A stretch of 48,605 bases of DNA from Bacteroidota bacterium (GCA_004292575.1 RDXD01000382.1:1-48605), one strand, 5' to 3'. Counted from the first letter of the stretch, positions 7,546 to 17,402 are shown. Numbers and translations are program-made. The notes: a model not told the origin generated them from the letters alone.

Positions 7546-10173
7546 ATGTTTTTAGCTTATTACCGTTCTGCACTGCTGGCTGTGTTGGCGCTGCTGTTTA
7601 CTGGGTCGGTTGATGCCCAAATAGACACCAGCACAATTACTTACGATTTGGAGCTAGATAACATTTTTACGCAAAAAATACCCCGCGAATACGTGGTGGC
7701 CTCCGTTTCTGTAACCGGCAATAAGTTTTTTGATAACACCCTACTTACCTCTGTAGCCAACATTAATGTGGGCGACAAAACCATGATTCCGGGTGGCGAT
7801 TTGTTTAACAAAGCCATTACCAACCTCTGGGGGCAAAGTTATTTTAGCAACATTGCCATTTACATTACCAAACTGGAAAAGCCCAATAAAATACATGTAG
7901 AAATAGAGGTAACAGAGCGGCCCCGACTCCAAAAGTTTGCTTTTACAGGCATTAAAAAAGGCGAATCGGAAGATTTGCAGGGTAAAACGGGATTGGTGGC
8001 AGGCCGCATTATTACCGAGAACATGAAGCAAATTGCTGTTGAGGCCATCAGAAAATTTTATGCTGAAAAGGGTTTCCAAAACGTTGACGTAAAAATAGTT
8101 GAAACCCCGAGCGTAAATGTTCAAAACGCCGATGACCTGGTGTTTATGATAAACAAGGGCACCAAAGTGCGCATAAGCGATGTTTATTTTGCCGGCAACG
8201 ACAACCTGAGCGAAGCCAAGCTGCAAAAACAAATGAAGGGCACAAAGGAGAAAATGCGGTTTACGCTATATCCCGTAAAAGATACACCGGTGTTGGGCAA
8301 AATGCAAGCCGCCACCACCACCCGTCAGTTGCTTAAAGACGAGGGCTATTTGAAGCCGACGGTGCTGCTGAGCGCCATTGACCCCTATTTTAGGTTTCGA
8401 TTTGGCAATGCCAAGTTCAACGATGCAAAATACGAGGAAGACAAAGAGAAGATAATAGAGTTTTACAACTCGAAAGGCTACCGCGATGCCCGTATTATAA
8501 AGGATACCACCTATAACAACAGCACCAACAACTTAAACGTTGAATTAAAAATAGACGAAGGCAAGCGTTACTATTTTGGAAACATAACTTTTAGGGGCGC
8601 CACAAAATATGCCGATTCTGTTTTAGGGCAAATTGTGGGCATAAAGCCAGGCGACATATACAACCGCGAAGTGCTGGACAAGCGGTTGGGTAAACAGCTT
8701 AGCCAAGATGGCAGTGCGGATATAAGTGCCTTGTACATGGACGATGGGTACCTCTTTTTTAGTGCCGATGCTACTGAAACTGCTGTGTACAACGATACCA
8801 TTGATCACGAGATATCCATTAGAGAAGGGCCGCAAGCCACCATTAAAAACGTGCACATATCGGGCAACGACAAAACCAAAGAATACGTTATACGCCGCGA
8901 ACTGCGCACCATACCTGGCGAAAAGTTTAGCCGCACCGACCTTATACGCAGTAACCGAGAAATAGCCAGCCTTAACTATTTTAATCAGGAAAAGATTGGC
9001 ATTGTACCCGTGCCCGACCCTACCGATGGTACAGTGGATATTAATTACACCGTAGAAGAAAAAAGCAGCGACCAGCTGGAGCTTTCGGCTGGTTGGGGTG
9101 GCGGTATAGGCCTTACCGGTACATTGGGCGTTACTTTCAACAATTTTAGTCTTAAAAACATACTTCGTAAAGAAGCTTGGGACCCCTTGCCCAGTGGCGA
9201 TGGGCAAAAGCTTAGCGTACGCCTTCAAAGCAATGGCCGTGCATTCCGCAGTTTAAATGGCAGCTTTACCGAGCCTTGGTTGGGCGGCAAAAAGCGAAAT
9301 TCGCTTACGGTAAGCGTTTACGATACCAAGTTTGCCAACTCGATTGATCCGCTTACGGGGCAGTTTGTGCGGATACCGCGTTCTTTCATCAAAACCAGTG
9401 GTGGTAGCATTGGTATAGGTAAGCAGCTAAAGTGGCCCGACGACTTTTTTAACCTTACCATGAGTGTGAACTACAAGCGCTACACACTTCAAGATTATCA
9501 GTTTTTCGAAGACTTTAGAAACGGCGTATCTAATAATTTGGGTGTCACCATTGCCTTGCAGCGCTCAAGCGTAAACCAACCTACCTTCCCCACTAGTGGC
9601 AGTAACTTTTTGGCCAGTTTGCAAATAACGCCACCTTGGAGCCTAATGGGGCCGGAAAAGACCTATGCCACCGCCGCAGAACGCTACAATTGGATAGAAT
9701 ACCACAAGTGGCGTTTTACCGGCGAATGGTATGTACCCATTGGTAGGCCACATGGTGCCGAGCGTAACAAGCAGTTTGTGATGAAGCTGGCTGCCAAATA
9801 TGGCTTTATAGGACGTTACAATCAGGATTTGGAGATATCGCCGTTTGAGCGCTTTCAGGTGGGCGATGCGGGTTTGAGCAATCAGTTTGCCTTGCTGGGC
9901 TTCGATATTATAGCCCACCGCGGCTATCCGGTGTACCAAACCAGCAATCCCAAGGTAAACCCCGACCAGCAGGGTGCCACACGCTACTTTACCATTTTTA
10001 ACAAATACACGGCCGAGCTGCGCTATCCCCTTAGCACCAATCCCAGCAGTACCATTTTTGCACTTGGCTTTTTTGAAGCGGCCAATGGTTGGTACACCAT
10101 CAGAGACTATAATCCGTTTAAACTGCGGCGTAGCGTGGGCTTGGGTATGCGCTTCTTTCTGCCCATATTTTAA
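7546..10173 (+). CDS. bamA: Outer membrane protein assembly factor BamA (C-terminus appears truncated)
   Basis: Signal peptide, POTRA repeats (GNDKTKEYVIRRELRT), barrel start VEEKSSDQLELSAGWGG, IIAHRGY loop-6 motif; uppS-bamA-skp synteny. Ends abruptly at GLGMRFFLPIF. Confidence 0.95.
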   Translation: MFLAYYRSALLAVLALLFTGSVDAQIDTSTITYDLELDNIFTQKIPREYVVASVSVTGNKFFDNTLLTSVANINVGDKTMIPGGDLFNKAITNLWGQSYFSNIAIYITKLEKPNKIHVEIEVTERPRLQKFAFTGIKKGESEDLQGKTGLVAGRIITENMKQIAVEAIRKFYAEKGFQNVDVKIVETPSVNVQNADDLVFMINKGTKVRISDVYFAGNDNLSEAKLQKQMKGTKEKMRFTLYPVKDTPVLGKMQAATTTRQLLKDEGYLKPTVLLSAIDPYFRFRFGNAKFNDAKYEEDKEKIIEFYNSKGYRDARIIKDTTYNNSTNNLNVELKIDEGKRYYFGNITFRGATKYADSVLGQIVGIKPGDIYNREVLDKRLGKQLSQDGSADISALYMDDGYLFFSADATETAVYNDTIDHEISIREGPQATIKNVHISGNDKTKEYVIRRELRTIPGEKFSRTDLIRSNREIASLNYFNQEKIGIVPVPDPTDGTVDINYTVEEKSSDQLELSAGWGGGIGLTGTLGVTFNNFSLKNILRKEAWDPLPSGDGQKLSVRLQSNGRAFRSLNGSFTEPWLGGKKRNSLTVSVYDTKFANSIDPLTGQFVRIPRSFIKTSGGSIGIGKQLKWPDDFFNLTMSVNYKRYTLQDYQFFEDFRNGVSNNLGVTIALQRSSVNQPTFPTSGSNFLASLQITPPWSLMGPEKTYATAAERYNWIEYHKWRFTGEWYVPIGRPHGAERNKQFVMKLAAKYGFIGRYNQDLEISPFERFQVGDAGLSNQFALLGFDIIAHRGYPVYQTSNPKVNPDQQGATRYFTIFNKYTAELRYPLSTNPSSTIFALGFFEAANGWYTIRDYNPFKLRRSVGLGMRFFLPIF

Positions 10174-10395
10174 CCAAAAAAGCCGCTCAAAATCCCCATG
10201 AATTTGCCTTTGGTACAATTACAACGTGTATTTAACACCCACTTATTATACAACCCGCTACTTTCATCTTGAAAAATTCAATTTTGTCATTTAGGGCAGC
10301 TTAGGTACACCCAAGTGTAACAATTAGCGTTTTCTATTTGACCATTTTTTAAAACAAAGTCTCTGCGGGTGTAGGGACGCAAAAAAAATAAACGT

Positions 10396-10914
10396 ATGAA
10401 AAAAGTACTGTTGAGCGTATTGGTGGTGCTAACGGCCACGCTGGCCACCCAAGCGCAGCGCTATGCTGTTATTGATACACGCTATATCTTAGACAAGCTG
10501 CCCGAATACAAAGAAGCACAAGCCAAAATAGACGCTACCGCTAAAATGTGGCAAAAGGAGATTGACTTAAAGCAGGATGGGCTTAATAAAATGTATCGCG
10601 ACTTTGAGGCTGAGCAAGTAATGCTGAGCGACGACCTAAAGAAAAAGCGGGAAGATGAATTGTTTAACAAAGAAAAAGAAGTACGCGATTTGCAGAAGCA
10701 GCGTTTTGGTTTTGAAGGTGATTTGTTTAGAGAACGGCAAAAACTGATTAAACCGATACAGGATAAGGTTTATAGCGCAGTGCAAAAACTGGCTGTGGCT
10801 CGGGCTTACGATTTTATACTCGATAAAAGTGAAGGCATTACTGTTATATTTGCCGACCCAAAATTGGAAAAAAGCGAAGATGTGCTTAGAGAATTAGGGG
10901 TAAAGGGCAGCTAA
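10396..10914 (+). CDS. skp: OmpH/Skp periplasmic chaperone
   Basis: Signal peptide, AVIDTRYILDKLPEY, long coiled coil, LIKPIQDKV...YDFILDK. Confidence 0.93.
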   Translation: MKKVLLSVLVVLTATLATQAQRYAVIDTRYILDKLPEYKEAQAKIDATAKMWQKEIDLKQDGLNKMYRDFEAEQVMLSDDLKKKREDELFNKEKEVRDLQKQRFGFEGDLFRERQKLIKPIQDKVYSAVQKLAVARAYDFILDKSEGITVIFADPKLEKSEDVLRELGVKGS

Positions 10915-10966
10915 AACAACCGCTGTTATTTTTAAAAAAACAAAAAAACGAACACAACAAAACAAC

Positions 10967-11548
10967 ATGAAAAAGCTATTAGTAGGTGCCATGGCGCTGG
11001 TGGGTTTTATGATGCTCACAACAAATGAGGTTGCGGCGCAAAATAAATTTGGATATTTTAACATTGAATATTTGGTTGCCCAAATGCCTGGGGTTTCTAA
11101 AGTGGATACGTTGATGGCTGTTTTTCAGTCGGACAGTCTTAACCCCGAGTATCAGTTTGAGTTGGAAGAGCTGAAGCGGATGGACAGCACTTTGAAAGCG
11201 GACAGTTTAAAAATGCCTGCCCGCTTGTATCAGCAGCGCCAGCAGGAGCAAGCCCAGCGGTTTTATAAGTTGCAAAACTGGCAGCAGTACAGCCAACAGG
11301 TAATGCAGAACAAGCAAGAGGAGTTGATGGCGCCTTTTTACAACAAAATTTATGCTGCCTTTAAGCAAGTGGTGGATGAGGGCAAATACACCTACGTGTT
11401 TAAAGAGGAAGGCCTGCTTATAGCCCCTCCAGGCGACAACTTAATACCTTTGGTGGCCAAGAAAGTTGGACTAAAGTTGCCCGGCGAACCGGCCCAGCAG
11501 CAGGCACCAGCTGCCAAGCCTGCGGCAAAGCCAGCCACTAAACAATAG
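10967..11548 (+). CDS. skp: Second OmpH/Skp family chaperone
   Basis: Signal peptide, KFGYFNIEYLVAQMP, ELMAPFYNKI...GKYTYVF; tandem with the first skp. Confidence 0.88.
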   Translation: MKKLLVGAMALVGFMMLTTNEVAAQNKFGYFNIEYLVAQMPGVSKVDTLMAVFQSDSLNPEYQFELEELKRMDSTLKADSLKMPARLYQQRQQEQAQRFYKLQNWQQYSQQVMQNKQEELMAPFYNKIYAAFKQVVDEGKYTYVFKEEGLLIAPPGDNLIPLVAKKVGLKLPGEPAQQQAPAAKPAAKPATKQ

Positions 11549-11581
11549 GTTTACTGTTGATTTTAAAAAATTATCCTCTAC

Positions 11582-11616
11582 ACCACCTGCCACTTACGCG
11601 GCAGGTGGTTTTTTTT
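11582..11616 (+). terminator. Rho-independent terminator
   Basis: Perfect 10-bp stem ACCACCTGCC / GGCAGGTGGT, 8-nt loop, followed by a T run, just after the second skp. Confidence 0.9.
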
Positions 11617-11952
11617 ATTTGCCTACTGGTTGGCGGAACTTCGTACAGGTAAGCCTAAGATGAGCAGGCGTTGCTGTTTGTACGGGCTATGTTTTTTCCG
11701 CTGTAAGCAGGGTTGGATTAGCACCTAAACCTTGAATTATGGCCAATGATTTGTGGGTAAAATTGTTGGTTCGCGTGCATGGTATGCCACCACATTGGCA
11801 CCATTGTTGGGTAAGCCCCCTTTTTTGGCCTTGATGGCTTCCTTATATCCTTGTGGGTGCAGCTGCAATTTTGAGGGATGAGTAACGCTATGGTGTAAAA
11901 CGGTTGCCCGCCATAAATAACTGGAAGTAAGCCGCACCGCTCTGCGCTGGTT

Positions 11953-12474
11953 TTAGCGTTTTACAATTACAACTGTACCCTCGTTCACCATGTTGTACAG
12001 TTCATCCAGGTGATCGTTGCGCATGCTAATGCAGCCTTGGGTCCAGCTCTGTAGGTTTTCAATGGCCCACTCTTCGTGTGGCCAAGTGCCATGTATGCCA
12101 ATATCGCCGCCTATTTTGGCGCTTGCAGGTATTTCGCCATTGCGTTTGCGGGCTTCAAATTTGGCCCTATCGGCGCTGGTGGGGTAGTCGAGCATCAGCA
12201 TTTTGTGCCATTTTTGGTGCGAGTATTTGCGCAAAATGGTAAAGCGGCCCTCGGGCGTGCGCCTGTCGCCTTGGTACATTTTATCGCTCAAATCGTTGTT
12301 GCCAAAGGTACAAGGCCACTGCACCAACCAGTCGTTGCTGTCGTATAGGGTAATGGTATTCTGGCTTTTTTCCACCACCAGGTAGTATCCCGATGGGGGT
12401 ACCTGTTTTTTAGGTACAAAGCTTATGGCCACTGCCGCAAAAATCAGCAGGTATAGATACTTTAGCTTCTTCAT
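11953..12474 (-). CDS. L,D-transpeptidase (YkuD) family protein
   Basis: GDRRTPEGRF, LDYP, GGDIGIHG...WTQGCISMRN (HxxxxxxxC-type catalytic His/Cys motif); N-terminal hydrophobic segment. Confidence 0.9.
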   Translation of the reverse strand: MKKLKYLYLLIFAAVAISFVPKKQVPPSGYYLVVEKSQNTITLYDSNDWLVQWPCTFGNNDLSDKMYQGDRRTPEGRFTILRKYSHQKWHKMLMLDYPTSADRAKFEARKRNGEIPASAKIGGDIGIHGTWPHEEWAIENLQSWTQGCISMRNDHLDELYNMVNEGTVVIVKR

Positions 12475-12628
12475 GAAGTGCAAAACATTTACATACAGAA
12501 CGGCTTGGCGGCAAGTGCATTGTTCGTTAATAAAACTTTTGCATTATGCGGCGTTCTGTTTGTGCGGGTAAAGCCATGGCGTGGTTGGGGCCCGAATGCC
12601 TAGGCGCTTGGTAATTTGGGGTAAGAGT

Positions 12629-14005
12629 TTAGGTTTTAGGGCGCGCTTCTTTCCACAATTGGTTAAAGCTTTTGCCCGAAAACTGCAAGGGACTGTGGTG
12701 TTTTTGCCAGGCTTTAAAAGCTTTGCTCACCACAAAATTTTTAGTTTTCCCCGATGCGGCATTCATAAGCATTCGGCTTAGGCTGGCCGTTTTCCACGCT
12801 TTCCAAGCCAGGCGCTCGGCCATGCTACTTTCGCCTTGCACCACGGCTTCGTGGCGGTTGTGCAGCAGCAGCTCGTGCAGATTTATGCGTACTGGGCACA
12901 CCGCTGTACAGTTGCCGCAGAGGCTGCTGGCATTGCTAAGGTGCTTGTAGTTGTGCATGCCCTGTAGCCATGGGGTTATTACCTTGCCAATGGGACCGCT
13001 GTACGTGGTGCTGTAGCTGTGGCCGCCAATATTTTTGTACACGGGGCAAGCATTTAGGCAACTGCCGCAGCGAATACAGAACAGGGCTTCGCGGCTTTTG
13101 GCATCGGCCAGCAGGTTGGTGCGGCCATTATCCAGCAAAATCACATACATCTCAATGGGGCCATCGGGCTCCGTTGCAGTACGTGGCCCACTCAAAATGC
13201 TGTTATACACGGTCAGGTTTTGGCCGGTACCGTAGGTGCTTAGCAGTGGCCACATCAAGTGTAGGTCGTTTATGCTGGGCAGTACTTTTTCTATACCTGC
13301 TATCGCAATGTGTATGGATGGAAAAGCGCAGCTTAAGCGGCCGTTGCCTTCGTTTTCGGTAATGGCAATGCTGCCGGTATCGGCCAGTAAAAAGTTGGCG
13401 CCGGTAACCCCCACTTGAGCCTGTACATATTTTTGGCGTAGCTTATGCCTTGCCACCTGCGTCAACTGTTCGGGGTTTAGGTTGGGCTCGGTACCCAGTT
13501 TTTCTGCAAAAAGCCGGGCAACATCCTCCTTGCTCTTGTGCATGGCAGGCGTTACAATGTGGTAGGGTGCTTCCTCATCCAGCTGCTGTATGTATTCGCC
13601 CAAATCGGTTTCTATGCTTTCAATGCCGTTGGTCTCCAAAAAATGGTTCAGGTGAATTTCTTCGGTAACCATGCTTTTGCCTTTTACCAGCGTGGTACAG
13701 TTGGCTTGGCGGCAAATGGCTAAGATGTGTTGCTGCGCTTGCTCTATGGTTTCTGCCCACAGCACTTTTCCGCCTCGGGCTTCAAAGTTTTTTTCAAAGG
13801 CAAGCAGGTGCGTATCCAAATGCTCAATGGCCTGCCACTTTATATTTTTTGCTTGCTCCCTGGCGGTTTCCAAATTGGCAAACTGCCGCTTGCCCACGGG
13901 TACCGCTGCATTATACCGCCCAATATTGAAATTTATTTTGCGCCTATGCTCTGCATCGGCGGCTTTTACGGTGCTTTTTGCCAGAAAAATGGAGGCAGTG
14001 GACAT
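12629..14005 (-). CDS. lutB: Lactate utilization iron-sulfur protein LutB/LldF
   Basis: VKGKSMVTEEI, ETDLGEYIQQL, HIVTPAMH, ENEGN; two Fe-S motifs CIRCGSCLNACPVY and SLCGNCTAVCPV. Confidence 0.93.
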   Translation of the reverse strand: MSTASIFLAKSTVKAADAEHRRKINFNIGRYNAAVPVGKRQFANLETAREQAKNIKWQAIEHLDTHLLAFEKNFEARGGKVLWAETIEQAQQHILAICRQANCTTLVKGKSMVTEEIHLNHFLETNGIESIETDLGEYIQQLDEEAPYHIVTPAMHKSKEDVARLFAEKLGTEPNLNPEQLTQVARHKLRQKYVQAQVGVTGANFLLADTGSIAITENEGNGRLSCAFPSIHIAIAGIEKVLPSINDLHLMWPLLSTYGTGQNLTVYNSILSGPRTATEPDGPIEMYVILLDNGRTNLLADAKSREALFCIRCGSCLNACPVYKNIGGHSYSTTYSGPIGKVITPWLQGMHNYKHLSNASSLCGNCTAVCPVRINLHELLLHNRHEAVVQGESSMAERLAWKAWKTASLSRMLMNAASGKTKNFVVSKAFKAWQKHHSPLQFSGKSFNQLWKEARPKT

Positions 14006-14120
14006 GGCTTTGCGGTTATGTTTACGGCAATACTACAAACGCACAGCGCGAAAGTTGGGCATTTAAAAACAGCAGCGGTGGTATGGCACCGCAGACGCAT
14101 CCAAGTGATGGCATCAGCAG

Positions 14121-14315
14121 TTAGTGATGTCCTGCCGCTTCTTCGCCCTTGCGTATTTGATAAAAAATACTGATGATGGTGAGAATTACAAAGGTGGCTA
14201 AGAAAACAGCTGCCAACGCAGTGGCCCAGCCCTTGCCGTAGTCAAAGCTTTTTAGCAGCATCATGGTGCAAAAAATTGAGAGCAGGGTGGTGATGGCAAA
14301 AAAGGGAAATTTCAT
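14121..14315 (-). CDS. Small two-TM membrane protein of unknown function
   Basis: 64 aa, two clear hydrophobic helices and a charged tail; ATG preceded by a TAnnTTTG promoter. Confidence 0.65.
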   Translation of the reverse strand: MKFPFFAITTLLSIFCTMMLLKSFDYGKGWATALAAVFLATFVILTIISIFYQIRKGEEAAGHH

Positions 14316-14336
14316 GCTTAAATGTTTTTAGCTGTG

Positions 14337-14344
14337 CAAAAATA
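14337..14344 (-). promoter_or_regulatory. Bacteroidota -7 promoter element
   Basis: Minus strand reads TATTTTTG, 21 nt upstream of the ATG at 14315. Confidence 0.55.
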
Positions 14345-14643
14345 AGGGGTCTTGGCAAGCGCAGGTACACTTTTTACGGTAAAATGGGATGCATAAACGC
14401 TATTTTGTAGTACATGCCCGAAATACCGTATAGAGGCTGGCCCGCTTACGAGGAATATGTTGGATTGAAAACTGCCCTTCTTGCCATGGTAAGAAGTTAC
14501 GCCAAAGGGGTGACCCCGAGTGCTGAACGTTTTTGTAACTGTCTTTCCCGCTTGACCGGGCAGCTTATAGCAATAAGAAAAGAGCTGCTGTAGCTACCCA
14601 TGCGCAGCGGCGTAGCGTGCTTAGTGCTTCGCTTGCGTTGTGT

Positions 14644-14777
14644 CTATGGTGTTTTTGGCTGCCGCATTCAGTTGCCGCGTGCTGTTACGCAACTGGGTTT
14701 TTGGCCTATTTGGTTGCGCTTGGCTTTTACTTCGCTAAACATAATGGGCGCAATTTGGCGGCCAAAAAACACCATAG
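14644..14777. repeat. Inverted-repeat-bounded structured element (MITE/REPIN-like or ncRNA)
   Basis: CTATGGTGTTTTTGGCTGCC (14644-14663) pairs with GGCGGCCAAAAAACACCATAG (14757-14777), with one bulge and one G-T pair; two internal hairpins. Confidence 0.55.
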
Positions 14778-15271
14778 CACTGGTTAAGCAGTGGAGAGTA
14801 TTCGTTCGAAACATTGCTAACGGCGTCATATTGCTCTATCCTTGGACAGCAGATTGCTGTTTTGGACGCAGTGGCCGCTTTGATGCAATCGTTAGTGGTG
14901 CGTCGCTACGACTTTGTGAGTCGGTTGTTGGGCCGAGTACGGCATTTTTATTTTCTACCGCTTCTTCCCGCATGTAGGCCGTATGCTTCTGTGGCGGCGT
15001 GCTGCCGCAAAACGGCAATGAACTGTAGTATTTTTGTTTAGCAGTATGGCTTTATACAAGTAAAAGTACAGAACAAGCTTAGTGTGTTCTATGGGGGTCA
15101 GCTTAGCCTCGAGGGCCAATTAGTGGTAGATTTTGTATGGATAAACTTGTAAAAGGGGTGCCGGCTTTGTTTAAGGTAGCCACAGGTGGGGGCAAATTAT
15201 TGTGAACAAGAGTAGTACCTCTTATTCATGTAATAGCACATAATTAGAAGGTGATAGCGGGTATTGAGGCG

Positions 15272-15398
15272 ATGTTACAATAGAAGCATAAAATGTTACA
15301 TACGTAAATGGCTTTATAAACCACTGTAAATCAATAATTTAGTAAAGCGGAAAAGTTGGAAAATAGGAAATGTTACACCGAAACAAGACTATGTTACG
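15272..15398 (+). promoter_or_regulatory. Putative HTCS operator: two pairs of ATGTTAC direct repeats (21-bp period) around an IHF-consensus site
   Basis: ATGTTACA at 15272, 15293 and 15370, ATGTTACG at 15391; AATCAATAATTTA (WATCAANNNNTTR) at 15329-15341. Confidence 0.75.
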
Positions 15399-15461
15399 AT
15401 TAGTAAGACATTTGAATACTAGTCGTTGCTACATTGTGCTACAATTGCTTAGAGCCAAACG

Positions 15462-17372
15462 ATGGTCAGAAAACTTCCCATTTTGATGTTGCTTGCTGTA
15501 GTGTGCGTAAATACTAGCACTGCCCAAGTTAAAAAAAGCCAAACTGCCGCACCCAAAACGAGTTTTAACCTCAAAGACGTAGGCATTGACACCACCAAAG
15601 ATGTCACCCCTTTAGTGGTAGATGCAATACAACGCTGCAAAAAGGAGAAAATCAAGAAGTTGGTCTTTCCAAAGGGCACCTACCATTTCTATCCCACCTA
15701 TGCGCCCGACCGGTATTGCGCCATTACCAATAACGACAATGGGCTAAAGCGGTCACCTTTCAACCTGATTGGTTTTAACGGCTTTGAGGTGGATGGCGGC
15801 GGGTCCGACTTTATTTTTCACGGGAAAATGTTGCCGTTCATTATTGAAAACAGCAGTAACCTCACCATCAAAAACCTGAGCATTGATTGGCAGGTTGCGT
15901 TTACCCTGGAAGGCAAGGTGGTGGCCAATAATCCTGAAAAGAAGACTTTTGACATAGAGGTAACCACACCTTATAAGGTACAGTATGGTCATTTGTTTCT
16001 TAGCCTAGAGCGTGAAGAGTCGCCGTATGAGAAAAAATATGGTTTCCGCTTTGCCATGCCGGAGGGCTATGATTTACAGACTGGCCAAAATATTTTGTGG
16101 AATCCTGAAACAATGGCGCCATACTACAATACAGTGAAATACGAAATGGAGCAAAACAGCATTGCTGCTGAAGAGTTAAAAAAAGGGCTTGTTCGCGTAT
16201 CGGGCCCCATAAAGCAAGTGCCGCCTGTAGGGTCGGTCTTCGTTACAAAAGGGGCCTGGCTTCAAAACCGTTCCGGCCCTGCATTTAGGTTGTTTAAAAG
16301 CAAAAACTTGTTATTCAGCAATATAAATGTGTACCATGCCGGTGCTATGGGGCTGATTGCCGAGCGCTGCGAAAACATTACGCTAGATGCCTTTAATGTA
16401 GTGCTCAAAAAGGGGTCGGGCAGAATGGTAACCACAACCGCCGACGCCACTCATTTTTGTAATGTTCGAGGGCAGGTCATTATACGAAATTGCATTTTTG
16501 AGAATATGCTAGATGACGCCACTAATATTCATGGCACCTATGTTAGGGTAAATAAAGTGCTTGATGATTATAGGGTAGCAGTAGAAACCTACCATCCACA
16601 CCAAAACGACTATATTTTTGGGGAAGTGGGCGATAGTGTAAGGATTGTAGAAAACAAAAGCCTTAAACCCACGGCCGAAGGGTTGGTGATAAAAAACGTG
16701 GAAAGGATTAACGAAAAAATAAGCATTTTAACCTTCAACAAGTCTGTAAAAGGGCAAGTAGGTTTGTACTACGGCATTGAGAATACCTCGTGGTACCCCA
16801 CGGCTCTCATCGAAAACAACATTGTGCGGAACAACCGCGCCAGAGGTTTTTTGCTTTCAGTACCTAGAAAAGTGATTGTAAGAAATAACTACATCTCATC
16901 GCAAATGGCGGGCATCTATGTATCGGGCGACCTGGCCTTGTGGAACGAGTCGGGGCCAACCGATAGCCTGTATATTGAAAATAATACCTTCGAGAACTGC
17001 TCCTATGGCGGCAATCGCGTGCATGCCATTGTAACCATTGAGCCAGACTATGTGGACAAGAACGATTATAGCGGAACCTACAGCCGAAATATTTTTATAC
17101 GCAACAATACCATAAAAACCTTTGATGCACCCATACTGCTGGCTACCTCGGTTGACGGGGTAGTGTTTGAAGGCAACAAAATTGAACAAACGAATGCTTA
17201 CGAGCCTATTTACGCAAGTTATCCAAACATAAAAGTTGTAAACTGTAATCGGGTTGACATCAACAACAACGAGTATAAATCGCTATCGGGCAAAGACGGA
17301 ACCATATCGATAGACAACAAGTCGATGAATGTAAATTTGAAAAACAACAGATCATTAACCAAGCAGAACTAA
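15462..17372 (+). CDS. GH110-like right-handed beta-helix glycoside hydrolase (alpha-galactosidase-like)
   Basis: Signal peptide; LVFPKGTYHF, ITNNDNG, TTADATHFCN...FENMLDDATNIHGTY, NRARGFL, WNESGP are typical of GH110. Confidence 0.88.
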   Translation: MVRKLPILMLLAVVCVNTSTAQVKKSQTAAPKTSFNLKDVGIDTTKDVTPLVVDAIQRCKKEKIKKLVFPKGTYHFYPTYAPDRYCAITNNDNGLKRSPFNLIGFNGFEVDGGGSDFIFHGKMLPFIIENSSNLTIKNLSIDWQVAFTLEGKVVANNPEKKTFDIEVTTPYKVQYGHLFLSLEREESPYEKKYGFRFAMPEGYDLQTGQNILWNPETMAPYYNTVKYEMEQNSIAAEELKKGLVRVSGPIKQVPPVGSVFVTKGAWLQNRSGPAFRLFKSKNLLFSNINVYHAGAMGLIAERCENITLDAFNVVLKKGSGRMVTTTADATHFCNVRGQVIIRNCIFENMLDDATNIHGTYVRVNKVLDDYRVAVETYHPHQNDYIFGEVGDSVRIVENKSLKPTAEGLVIKNVERINEKISILTFNKSVKGQVGLYYGIENTSWYPTALIENNIVRNNRARGFLLSVPRKVIVRNNYISSQMAGIYVSGDLALWNESGPTDSLYIENNTFENCSYGGNRVHAIVTIEPDYVDKNDYSGTYSRNIFIRNNTIKTFDAPILLATSVDGVVFEGNKIEQTNAYEPIYASYPNIKVVNCNRVDINNNEYKSLSGKDGTISIDNKSMNVNLKNNRSLTKQN

Positions 17373-17402
17373 CCAGATACAAAAACCAAAACAACTGCCA
17401 TT

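Noticed and set aside
14500-14530. AGGGGTG...GCTGA resembling a TPP riboswitch
   Set aside because: Lacks CTGAGA and the downstream conserved core; no thiamine gene follows.
14813-14897. GCTAAC...GTTAGT as an integron attC site
   Set aside because: Poor match to RYYYAAC/GTTRRRY, weak internal pairing, no cassette ORF or integrase.
14600-14977. 125-aa ORF in the PUL-flanking region
   Set aside because: Atypical composition, no motif, and it overlaps inverted repeats; probably non-coding.
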